Source of the DNA: a virus
Strand: one strand, 5' to 3'
Virus record (IMG/VR): IMGVR_UViG_3300033388_005265
Location: 32,001-96,000 of that record
DNA: 64,000 nucleotides
Below are positions 37,569 through 45,704 of the stretch, one piece after another; within the stretch, counting starts at the first letter, position 1, and each line of letters starts with the position of its first letter. Position numbers and translations under genes: made by a program. The notes under the pieces are model-generated. The model was not told the origin of the DNA, did not search any database, and saw only the letters and a program-made list of their open reading frames with translations.

Positions 37569-37999
37569 TTGTAATTTCGTGCTATAGCACTTGCAATTTT
37601 GCCGTCATATTTTCCTGGGTATTTAGCAGCCAGATCTTTCATGACTTTACCCATGTCTTTTGGCATAGTATATTTGTTTTCAGTCACCATAACAGATATT
37701 ATAGTCTTTAATTCATCTTCTGTCAACTGTTTTGGCAAGTATCTTTCAATAAGTTTTTTTTCTGCTTGCAAAGGCTCTGTTTGTACTTCCGGAGGACATA
37801 CTTTTAAAGTCTCATCAATATGCTTTATAAAGCTTTTAGCTATCTTGATTACTTCTTCATCAGTAGACTCTCTATTGCCTTTGGTTTTACCAACCATGGC
37901 AGCTTCACTATATAGGACTGTTAATGTTGCAGCTTTACGCTTATCTCCAGCCTTTCTGCATGCAACTTGATCATCCTTTATTTCTTGTATTAGACTCAT
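37565..37999 (-). CDS. yqeY: YqeY (GatB/YqeY domain) protein
   Basis: TDEEVIK, YLPKQLTEDEL, KDMGKVMK, DGK..S. Confidence 0.9.
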   Translation of the reverse strand: MSLIQEIKDDQVACRKAGDKRKAATLTVLYSEAAMVGKTKGNRESTDEEVIKIAKSFIKHIDETLKVCPPEVQTEPLQAEKKLIERYLPKQLTEDELKTIISVMVTENKYTMPKDMGKVMKDLAAKYPGKYDGKIASAIARNYK

Positions 38000-38282
38000 C
38001 TTCTTCTCCTGGTTTAACCAGTCTTATTTTTTCTCGTCTTTCTTCTGGTGTCTTTGTTCTAGTTAAATTTGCAGGATGTTGTTGTCCTTCAAAATCTACA
38101 TGCATTACATTGCAATCATGTCTTATACACCATACTTGCAATCCATCAGGAGTCCATCCTACTTCATAACGAGCGTATTCCTTCATAGATGTATTGCCGG
38201 GTTTTTCTTTAAAACATCTAGTACAATGTAAATATTGTAAAATCTCGTTATTATGCCCAACCATTATTCTTGCTCCGCACAC
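37971..38282 (-). CDS. conserved hypothetical protein
   Basis: HC..C...EVGWT..GLQVWC.RH..NV.H.DFEG..HPAN. Confidence 0.65.
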   Translation of the reverse strand: MCGARIMVGHNNEILQYLHCTRCFKEKPGNTSMKEYARYEVGWTPDGLQVWCIRHDCNVMHVDFEGQQHPANLTRTKTPEERREKIRLVKPGEEDESNTRNKG

Positions 38283-38578
38283 TCATAAAGAAATTTTCCC
38301 TTAGGTAGAGATTGAATAGTATTATCATTAGTTTCTTGTAATGCATATGGAATCACTTTTGCTGACTTTAACTTAATCCTATCTCGGACAATATAGTCAG
38401 GATTTCTTTCCAGTCTTCTTAATGTAATTCTAGCTTCTCTTTCTTCTATCCCTATTCTGTATGAAGCCGTTCTTCTTGCCGGACCTATGTTTTGATAGAT
38501 TTTACCGTCCTTCATATAATAGCTGGTTCCATCTTCAAATGTCAACAGTACTCTGTAAACGTATTCTTTCTCTTTCAT
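38264..38578 (-). CDS. hypothetical protein (paralogue of 34134-34442)
   Basis: EYVYRVLL...DG.SYYMKDGKIY. Confidence 0.6.
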   Translation of the reverse strand: MKEKEYVYRVLLTFEDGTSYYMKDGKIYQNIGPARRTASYRIGIEEREARITLRRLERNPDYIVRDRIKLKSAKVIPYALQETNDNTIQSLPKGKFLYECAEQE

Positions 38579-38591
38579 ACAGCCTCTAAAA

Positions 38592-38666
38592 TGGAGCGGG
38601 AGAAGGGACTCGAACCCTCAGCAGTCTGCTTGGAAGGCAGAAACTCTACCATTGAGTTACTCCCGC
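38592..38666 (-). tRNA. trnG: tRNA-Gly(TCC)
   Basis: CT-TCC-AA; CCA. Confidence 0.93.
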
Positions 38667-39145
38667 TCATGTTCTTTAAAATGTAACACAGTATGACATC
38701 TAGTACAATATAACGTACATTGTTGTATTTCTTTTAATATCCTTTCCCATGACCATCCTTTCATTCTAGCAAAATTTGGATCTTTTGCAGTAGGATCAAG
38801 ATGGTGAATAGCTAATGCACATTCGTACTCGTCATATCCACATTCTATGCATTTTCCGCCTAAATAGGCTATTGCTTTACTTCTGTTTTTTTTAAAGCGT
38901 TTTATAGATAGCTGATTATGACAGTTCTTACATGTTGTTTTTCCTTTTCCGTAAAATTTATCTGGACTAGTTTCTCCACACTTACATCTATATTCATGCT
39001 TATCTTTTATGTGTACCTTGCTTGTATTATGCTCACCCCATGGTGAACAAGTTAAACAATACTTTCTGTTACATAGGTTTTTTGTCTTTCCGTCTATCTT
39101 AATTCTATTTGGAAATTTATTATTGCACTTCTTGCATACTGGCAT
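38657..39145 (-). CDS. HNH homing endonuclease; stop inside tRNA-Gly
   Basis: CKKC, YCLTCSPWG, GGKCIECG, HHLDP, LYCTRCH. Confidence 0.85.
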   Translation of the reverse strand: MPVCKKCNNKFPNRIKIDGKTKNLCNRKYCLTCSPWGEHNTSKVHIKDKHEYRCKCGETSPDKFYGKGKTTCKNCHNQLSIKRFKKNRSKAIAYLGGKCIECGYDEYECALAIHHLDPTAKDPNFARMKGWSWERILKEIQQCTLYCTRCHTVLHFKEHERE

Positions 39146-39290
39146 CTATGGAATCCTCCTAAGGGTTTCCATAGTATTAAACAAGAGCGCAACTTAAATG
39201 CTAATTTATTTTACTTTTCATCTAAGCTACGCTCTTAATCTATAATCCTGTGCTGACTTCTTTAGCTATTTTAGTCAGCAATTTTGCCAT

Positions 39291-40211
39291 TCAATCGGGC
39301 ATATCATCGCCACATTCCTCACATATTGCTTTAAATGGAGGAAGAAAAGCCGAAGGATTTCCATAATTATAATCCTTTGCTACTTCAGAAAAACTCTTTG
39401 CGATATCTACCGCTTGCTCAAGAGTTTTCTTGTAAACAAGCATGTAAGTCATAACTGCTTTTACATGGTCTATTGATAGTCCTGCAGTTTGTTCTGCAAG
39501 TTCAACCATATCAATCTTTTCCTGAGCTTCTATAGGTAGCTTAGCTTTCAAGATCTGAGCTCTATGATCAGCAGACGGAAGTGGAATCTCCTTTACAAAG
39601 TTAAACCTTGACGGGCGATTCTTTATTCTATCTGAAACCTTATGCATATAATTGGTTGCAGCAAGATAAATAACTCCAGGCTCAGACAGATGTCCATCAA
39701 GGAAGTTCAAGATATCCATCTCAGCATTACCTCTTGAATGCTTTTCAAACTCATCTGCAACGATCATGATCAGTCTATCTGGATCACCATCTCTTATAGT
39801 CTCCACAATAGTAGAGTACATATTTGTAGCTGGACCATATATGACTATTGCATCATGCTTAGCTATAAACCATTCGATCAGCTGATGCATAAACGATGTC
39901 TTACCGGTTCCTGGCTTACCATACAACAGTATACCAGTTTTCCATAGTGTGCCTAGTGTCCTGTGAGCTTCCTTTCCTTCATCTGAAGCAAAGTTATCCA
40001 CATATGTTCTAAGCTCATCATATATACCACCTTCAAGCTTGATTAGCTCGTCAAAGTTCATTTCCATCTCTGTGAATAGCGGAGGACTGAACATTGGAAT
40101 ACTAAAATGATATGTTCCAGCTGGTAATCTTTTTGCAACTTTGCCTTCTTTTGGGGTAGGCTGATAACTAAACTGCTTTTCTTTGAACTCATTGTTTATT
40201 CTATATGACAT
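39291..40211 (-). CDS. AAA+ ATPase
   Basis: GILLYGKPGTGKT, VADEFE, AATN, RPSRF. Confidence 0.9.
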   Translation of the reverse strand: MSYRINNEFKEKQFSYQPTPKEGKVAKRLPAGTYHFSIPMFSPPLFTEMEMNFDELIKLEGGIYDELRTYVDNFASDEGKEAHRTLGTLWKTGILLYGKPGTGKTSFMHQLIEWFIAKHDAIVIYGPATNMYSTIVETIRDGDPDRLIMIVADEFEKHSRGNAEMDILNFLDGHLSEPGVIYLAATNYMHKVSDRIKNRPSRFNFVKEIPLPSADHRAQILKAKLPIEAQEKIDMVELAEQTAGLSIDHVKAVMTYMLVYKKTLEQAVDIAKSFSEVAKDYNYGNPSAFLPPFKAICEECGDDMPD

Positions 40212-40248
40212 TTTTTCTCCTATTTTGATTTTTATTAAATTATATTTT

Positions 40249-40339
40249 TGGCGGAGGGAGAGAGGATCGAACTCTCAAGGCTGTTACACTCGGCGGTTTT
40301 CAAGACCGCTGCCGTCGCCAACCGTCGGCTTGCCCCTCC
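40249..40339 (-). tRNA. trnS: tRNA-Ser(TGA)
   Basis: CT-TGA-AA; long arm; CCA. Confidence 0.93.
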
Positions 40340-40492
40340 ATTCTTAAAACTTAAACACAAACATGTCTTCACAAGTTGTAGTATAGCTATCAGTTGTATC
40401 CATTTTTAACGTGCTCTCTGGATCACATCCATTAAATGAAGCACATCCTGTTGATGTTAACAGTATAATTAGTAATAATATTTTTTTCATAA

Positions 40493-40912
40493 CTACCAAC
40501 TGTTCTGCCTATGATTTGTTGCCCACTTTATACGGCCAGTATTATTTATGCCACCAGTATTATCAAAAGCAGCTCTTTTTTTGTCAATACTTTTATCTAT
40601 TGTAGCTTTTTCTTGTTCTGCTAAAGCTATTAATTTAGCTTCTTTAGCTTTTCTTTCTCTTTCTGCATCTTCTTCTGCTACTACGTTAGCACCAAGTCTT
40701 TTTATTCTTAACTTTTTGATCAGTTCTTTCTTAGCACTTATAGTCATACTACATAAAGACTTACCTTCATCTGATCTCCACCATTCATTAAAATCAGAAG
40801 TGACTTTTTCTGATAGCCTGAGTTCAGAAAACAACGCTTTATTCCAACTCATATCAACAGTAGCACAACCAAATGACATTAAAATTATAATTAACAATAT
40901 TACTTTTTTCAT
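40493..40912 (-). CDS. putative lipoprotein
   Basis: MKK + hydrophobic stretch + lipobox SFGC. Confidence 0.65.
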   Translation of the reverse strand: MKKVILLIIILMSFGCATVDMSWNKALFSELRLSEKVTSDFNEWWRSDEGKSLCSMTISAKKELIKKLRIKRLGANVVAEEDAERERKAKEAKLIALAEQEKATIDKSIDKKRAAFDNTGGINNTGRIKWATNHRQNSW

Positions 40913-40922
40913 TAATTCTCCT

Positions 40923-41000
40923 TGGAGGGCCCTACAGGACTCGAACCTGTGACCTCTTGGTTCGTAGCCAAGCGCTCTAATCCAACTGAGCTAAGGACCC
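40923..41000 (-). tRNA. trnR: tRNA-Arg(ACG)
   Basis: CT-ACG-AA; CCA. Confidence 0.93.
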
Positions 41001-41206
41001 AGATCTTTTTTAACATCAGTAAGAATCTGTTTAAATGTTTTCTTTAAGTCTGGCCAAATACTCTTCCATTCTTTAATCAATACTTTTATTTCATCTGAAT
41101 TAAATATCCAGAAGTATGGAATTGATCCTCCAGATACAGCCGGTATAAAGATTTGTGTTATGAATAAAAATATTATTAAAAATACAATAAATGCTACAGC
41201 TATCAT
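40991..41206 (-). CDS. small membrane protein; stop inside tRNA-Arg(ACG)
   Basis: Start moved to MIAVAF (SD aggaga); N-terminal TM. Confidence 0.6.
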   Translation of the reverse strand: MIAVAFIVFLIIFLFITQIFIPAVSGGSIPYFWIFNSDEIKVLIKEWKSIWPDLKKTFKQILTDVKKDLGP

Positions 41207-41224
41207 CTTTTCTCCTTTCTTAAA

Positions 41225-41300
41225 TGGTAGACGAAGCAGGGTTCGAACCTGCGACATCAGCCTTGTAAAAGCTGCGCTCTCCCAGCTGAGCTATTCGTCC
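41225..41300 (-). tRNA. trnV: tRNA-Val(TAC)
   Basis: TT-TAC-AA; CCA. Confidence 0.93.
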
Positions 41301-41848
41301 ATTTTTAATTTATTACGTGTTCTTCTGCCTTTTCCTTTATTAAGAGCTCCAAATGTTGGTGTTAACGAATGACAACTAGGGCAAATTAACTCCATATTTT
41401 TTGGAATTGTATTTTGAAAGTCTCCATCCTTGTGTTCTGCTTGCACTGGAACTTTACCTGTAGCCGGATTAACTTCCTTCCAACCACATCTTTCGCATTT
41501 ATCTCCTCTTGTTTCTCTAAGCCAACGTTTTACATTATTAGAGATCTGATCTTGTGCTTTTCCTATATTTCCAGTCTCAAGTCCTTTTAACCATCTTTCT
41601 ATATATAATTTGTATTGAAAATCACTTTTACATGTAGAGCTACAATATTTAGCTTCATATCTTCCTACTATATTTTCACAGTTAAGACATTTTCCTTTTT
41701 TTCTATCTTTTTCATGTATTTGCTTTGTATTGTGTTCACCCCATGGCGAACAATCTAAACAGTACTTTCTATTGCCTAAATTTTTCTGTACTCCTTCTAT
41801 TCTTATTTTAAACGGAAACTTCTCATTACACTTCTTACATATCGGCAT
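41291..41848 (-). CDS. HNH homing endonuclease; stop inside tRNA-Val
   Basis: N-terminus shared with 38657; CERCG, AEHKDG...N.ELICPSCHSLT. Confidence 0.87.
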   Translation of the reverse strand: MPICKKCNEKFPFKIRIEGVQKNLGNRKYCLDCSPWGEHNTKQIHEKDRKKGKCLNCENIVGRYEAKYCSSTCKSDFQYKLYIERWLKGLETGNIGKAQDQISNNVKRWLRETRGDKCERCGWKEVNPATGKVPVQAEHKDGDFQNTIPKNMELICPSCHSLTPTFGALNKGKGRRTRNKLKMDE

Positions 41849-41945
41849 CCTATGGATCCTCCTTTAAAGGGTTTCCATAGTATTAAACCAAAGCGTAACT
41901 TAAATGACTAGTTTATTTATTTTTATTGCAAGATTGCAGACTAAG

Positions 41946-42182
41946 TTACTCGTCCACATCTTTTTTAGTATTCCTAAATTTCATTGAACTTGCACTATAA
42001 GCAGCTTGGTAGAAATCAACCATCTTCTCTGCTATCTCATCAGCCATCTTTTTTAATTCAGGCTGTTCATCAAGCATTTCATGTTGAGATATATTAGTAT
42101 CCCAAGAATCCTGCAAGACACTTGCTCTATCCATTACTTCATGATATCCAAACTCATCATTCGCAGGCATTATCTTTTTCAT
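41946..42182 (-). CDS. hypothetical protein
   Basis: GYHEVMDRA motif; helical. Confidence 0.55.
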   Translation of the reverse strand: MKKIMPANDEFGYHEVMDRASVLQDSWDTNISQHEMLDEQPELKKMADEIAEKMVDFYQAAYSASSMKFRNTKKDVDE

Positions 42183-42339
42183 CCTTGATTATCTTATCGC
42201 TTTCCCTTCTTCTTGCTTTGTTTATCATTTTTTTGAAATATTTAGTAATACCATTTTTACTTGCATTTTTAGACCAATCGTATCTAAACATTTTAAAGTG
42301 AGCTTCACTCTTAGTCCCCGGTTTCATCTTTTCCTTATT

Positions 42340-42414
42340 TGGAGGGCAAAGAGGGAATCGAACCCCCGTAAACTGGGTTGCAATCAGTCACCTAAGCCAC
42401 TCGGACACTTGCCC
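42340..42414 (-). tRNA. trnC: tRNA-Cys(GCA)
   Basis: TT-GCA-AC; U73; CCA. Confidence 0.88.
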
Positions 42415-42418
42415 TTAT

Positions 42419-42496
42419 TGGTGGAGAGAGGAGGAGTCGAACCTCAGGCCTCCTGTGCTTCAAACAGGCGCTCTACCACAGCTGAGCTACCTCTCC
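42419..42496 (-). tRNA. trnF: tRNA-Phe(GAA)
   Basis: TT-GAA-GC; CCA. Confidence 0.9.
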
Positions 42497-42509
42497 ATAT
42501 TTTAAATAA

Positions 42510-42585
42510 TGTAGGCGGGCAAGATTTGAACTTGCGTCCTCCAGCTAAACCGCTGGCGCTCTACCGGACTGAGCTACCAACCTAC
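42510..42585 (-). pseudogene. tRNA-like element with 6-nt anticodon loop
   Basis: D and T arms normal; CCAGC-GGTTTA-GCTGG; no full CCA. Confidence 0.65.
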
Positions 42586-42602
42586 CTTCACATAAATAGA
42601 GT

Positions 42603-42673
42603 AAATACGCAAGAGTCGAACTTGCCATCTCCCGGCTTGTGCCAGGTGCCCTGCCCGCTTAGGCCACTATCTA
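42603..42673 (-). pseudogene. tRNA-like element with 6-nt anticodon loop
   Basis: CCTGG-CACAAG-CCGGG; T arm GCAAG-TTCGACT-CTTGC; no CCA. Confidence 0.6.
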
Positions 42674-43167
42674 CATCTATGTAAATTCTGTTTTTTCTTC
42701 TTTATGTTTCTGCCTGTGAATGTGTCCAATTGACTATCACAATGCGGACATACCATTCTTAGATTCTCTATCCTATTGTCATTATTTGTGCCATTAATAT
42801 GATCTAATCTTAGTACTAATGGTTTTCCTTGCCACTCTGGTCTTATGCCACATATTTGGCATTTATTTTTTAACAATCCTTTTTCAAATAGTCTTTTTTT
42901 TAAATTAGTATTATTGTTATATGTACTATTTTCGACTAATATCTTTTCTAATGGAATTTTTTTAGCCCAATCGTGTTTTCTATCTTTTAAATAGCCTTGT
43001 CCTGTGAAATGAGATACATCTAAATTAAGTCTTTTAATAGCGTTGTTTAAAGTATTATAATTTCCTCCAGCTGGAATTAATCCTAATTTCTTTATTGCTG
43101 CCGCCTTTGAAAAACATGCCTTAACTGCTTTTGATACATCGTCATCTGTATATGATTTTTCTCTCAT
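42667..43167 (-). CDS. HNH homing endonuclease
   Basis: CQICG, LRLDHINGTNNDNRIENLRMVCPHCDSQ. Confidence 0.9.
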   Translation of the reverse strand: MREKSYTDDDVSKAVKACFSKAAAIKKLGLIPAGGNYNTLNNAIKRLNLDVSHFTGQGYLKDRKHDWAKKIPLEKILVENSTYNNNTNLKKRLFEKGLLKNKCQICGIRPEWQGKPLVLRLDHINGTNNDNRIENLRMVCPHCDSQLDTFTGRNIKKKKQNLHRCR

Positions 43168-43190
43168 CTTATTGACCTCATTATATTATT

Positions 43191-43267
43191 TGGTAGGAGT
43201 GATGGGATTCCAACCCACACTTAATAGGGCTTAAACCTATTGCCTCTGGCAATTGGGCTACACTCCT
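43191..43267 (-). tRNA. trnL: tRNA-Leu(TAA), atypical (short variable loop)
   Basis: ATAGG-TT-TAA-GC-CCTAT; D loop lacks GG; T loop TTGGAAT; CCA. Confidence 0.75.
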
Positions 43268-43445
43268 ATACTCTAATATAAACAAAATCAACTAAATGGA
43301 AGACTTATTTTTTTATTATTCTCTTACGTCTACCTGTTCCTTTTATCCGAATATCAAAAATAATACTATGGAAGCTACTAATATTGCACCTGCCACCTTT
43401 GTTAGTATCATTGTAGTCCTACATGTATCTGTTTTACATTCCATC

Positions 43446-43982
43446 TTACCATCCATCACTATTCCTATTTGACCAATTAGTTCTTTTTCCGTCATCCTTT
43501 ATCGCATTCTTTATCGGACTTGACATCCCTGATACTTTTAACTTTTCTTCTGGAGGTTGAAAACTTGGTTCTACTCCATTACTCCAAGGAGACTCTGTCC
43601 AAACGTATCCTTCTGGTGTTGCCTTTATTCTTATTTTTCCTTCAATGGCATCTCTCTGTCCTTCGAAATATGCCTCTTCCATTGCTTTTCCAATGGGAGT
43701 ATCTGATAATCTAGCTTTTTTTACAGCCTTGCCACTTTCAACTCTATCTTTAATATCCCTGTACTCTTTTAAAGAGTTTGTTCCACGAGTCTTTAAAGAA
43801 GCTAACCATGCTTTCTTTGTTAATGTAGTAACATTATTTTCAACAGCATAATTATAATATGCTCTTTCTCTATAACTAGCAAACTGTGGAATAGCTATAG
43901 CTGCAAGCATACCTACAATAACCACAACAATTAACAATTCTATAAGGGTAAAGCCACATGGATCTTCTTTACTATACATCAT
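43446..43982 (-). CDS. type IV pilin-like protein (prepilin N-terminal methylation site)
   Basis: G|FTLIELLIVVVIVGMLAAIAIPQFASYRERAY with E5; SD aaggag. Confidence 0.9.
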   Translation of the reverse strand: MMYSKEDPCGFTLIELLIVVVIVGMLAAIAIPQFASYRERAYYNYAVENNVTTLTKKAWLASLKTRGTNSLKEYRDIKDRVESGKAVKKARLSDTPIGKAMEEAYFEGQRDAIEGKIRIKATPEGYVWTESPWSNGVEPSFQPPEEKLKVSGMSSPIKNAIKDDGKRTNWSNRNSDGW

Positions 43983-43997
43983 AACTACTCCTTAAAT

Positions 43998-44072
43998 TGG
44001 TAGGACTACCTGGGTTCGAACCAGGGACCTTCTGCTTATCAGGCAGATGCTCTACCGCTGAGCTATAGTCCT
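43998..44072 (-). tRNA. trnI: tRNA-Ile(GAT)
   Basis: CT-GAT-AA; CCA. Confidence 0.93.
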
Positions 44073-44078
44073 AAATTA

Positions 44079-44333
44079 TTAACGATATTCTACTATTCCG
44101 CCTTCACTATTAGCGACATACATCTTATCTCCTACAGTAATAAAATATATGGCAATCCAAGGATCACTAATGGCTCTTTTCATAGTGAATTTAATTGGCT
44201 GCTCTTTCTTAGTCGCCTCATGACATCCGTTGCATCCATAATCCCAGTCACCTGCGTGAGCATAAGAAAATATACCAAGTACTGCTAACATTACTATAGA
44301 CATTATCAGTGTGTTCTTAAGCATTCTAATCAT
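44079..44333 (-). CDS. small secreted protein with one CxxCH motif
   Basis: Start moved to MIRMLK; Sec signal ending AHA|G; CNGCH. Confidence 0.6.
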   Translation of the reverse strand: MIRMLKNTLIMSIVMLAVLGIFSYAHAGDWDYGCNGCHEATKKEQPIKFTMKRAISDPWIAIYFITVGDKMYVANSEGGIVEYR

Positions 44334-44355
44334 TTCTAACTCCTTTGTTAAGGTC

Positions 44356-44389
44356 AAAAAAAATCCCACGCTCTTATGAGACATGGGAT
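44356..44389 (-). terminator. Rho-independent terminator after tRNA-Thr
   Basis: ATCCCA...TGGGAT stem followed by TTTTTT. Confidence 0.75.
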
Positions 44390-44394
44390 GGTAG

Positions 44395-44470
44395 TGGAGC
44401 CGAAGGAGGGATTCAAACCCCCGACAAGCTGATTACAAATCAGCTGCTCTATCAGCTGAGCTACATCGGC
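44395..44470 (-). tRNA. trnT: tRNA-Thr(TGT)
   Basis: TT-TGT-AA; CCA. Confidence 0.92.
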
Positions 44471-44731
44471 CTAATCTACCATCTTCTTTAGTTGCCATGA
44501 AGGTAATGTTTTTACACCACCCATAATTTTTTCATCACCGGTAATCGGCAATATCTTTCCATAACTATCATGGTCATATCTATTATCGCCATGGCACATC
44601 GAGCCAAAAGCGTATAATCCAGGTTTATCTGCATTAATATCTGTTGTGTCTATATCTTCTTGAGTTATATCTAATACAACCCAAAATCTATCGTGTCCTT
44701 CTTTTTTTACTAAAGCTCCAGAGTATAACAT
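44471..44731 (-). CDS. hypothetical protein
   Basis: SD aagga; stop abuts tRNA-Thr. Confidence 0.55.
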   Translation of the reverse strand: MLYSGALVKKEGHDRFWVVLDITQEDIDTTDINADKPGLYAFGSMCHGDNRYDHDSYGKILPITGDEKIMGGVKTLPSWQLKKMVD

Positions 44732-44772
44732 GTTCTTCCTTCTGTGTCAATTTATTATTGAAAAAAAATAAG

Positions 44773-44850
44773 TGTAGGCATGGTAGGATTCGAACCTACG
44801 GCCCTTGGGTTTATGAGCCCAAGTTCTACCTCTGATATACACTGCCTACA
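44773..44850 (-). pseudogene. tRNA-Met/Ile(CAT)-like element with 8-nt anticodon loop
   Basis: TTGGG-CTCATAAA-CCCAA; good T arm; bulged acceptor, weak D stem, no CCA. Confidence 0.65.
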
Positions 44851-45016
44851 ACTGGAATTTTGCAAGTCAAACCCTGTTATTAGGCAATTAATACTACACG
44901 ATGACTTTATAACAGATAAATACTGCTCACCAGCAAGTTCTTGGATAACCAAGAACGACCCCATAAATTACTTAATAATAAGACATATTTATTGTTATTT
45001 TGTTTTATATTATAGT

Positions 45017-45634
45017 ATGGGAGCTACAATATCATTAAAATGTCCAACATGCCTTTGTATTTTTGACAAACAAATGACAGCATATAGGCGAAGCAATAAA
45101 CGTGGCTATAATCACTTTTGTTCCAGAGAATGTGGCTTTAAAAATCACACTTCTGAAGGAACATCAAAAGTAATTTGTCGCAATTGTGATAATGTTTTCA
45201 CTAAACATAACAGTGAAATTCTAAAAAGTACTAATAATTTTTGTTCTAAATCATGTGCTGCTACATATAACAATAAGAACAAGTCTTATGGAATTCGTCG
45301 CAGTAAACTTGAAATTCATATTGAAAATAAAATTAAATCTGAATTCCCACACATATCATTCGTATCAAACTGTAAAAAAATCATAGGATCAGAACTTGAT
45401 CTATATTTTCCAAGTTTAAATCTAGCTATTGAAATCAATGGACCACTTCATTATGAGCCTATATACGGTGAAGAAAAACTTCTTCAAATTCAAGCCAACG
45501 ACAAACTTAAAATAAATGCATGTAGTGATGCTAACATTAAATTAGTTACCGTAGATAATTTACAAACCTTTTCAAAAACGTATTCTAATAAATGTTGGAA
45601 AACAATAAAACCATATTTAATTGGTGACCTATAA
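45017..45634 (+). CDS. PD-(D/E)XK endonuclease, paralogue of 34917-35534
   Basis: Start moved to MGATISLKCPTC; ELDLYFPSLNLAIEINGPLHY. Confidence 0.82.
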   Translation: MGATISLKCPTCLCIFDKQMTAYRRSNKRGYNHFCSRECGFKNHTSEGTSKVICRNCDNVFTKHNSEILKSTNNFCSKSCAATYNNKNKSYGIRRSKLEIHIENKIKSEFPHISFVSNCKKIIGSELDLYFPSLNLAIEINGPLHYEPIYGEEKLLQIQANDKLKINACSDANIKLVTVDNLQTFSKTYSNKCWKTIKPYLIGDL

Positions 45635-45696
45635 GGGGATCGAACCCTTGCTGCCTGATAGAAAGTCAGGTGTCCTAGCCACTAGACGAATAGGTC
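45622..45696 (-). tRNA. trnE: tRNA-Glu(TTC)
   Basis: CCTGA-CT-TTC-TA-TCAGG; CCA. Confidence 0.9.
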
Positions 45697-45704
45697 ATTA
45701 AATT

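Noticed and set aside
44851-44975. tmRNA-like start GGGGTCGTTCTTGG
   Set aside because: Too short, forms a local hairpin and has no matching T arm/CCA end or tag ORF
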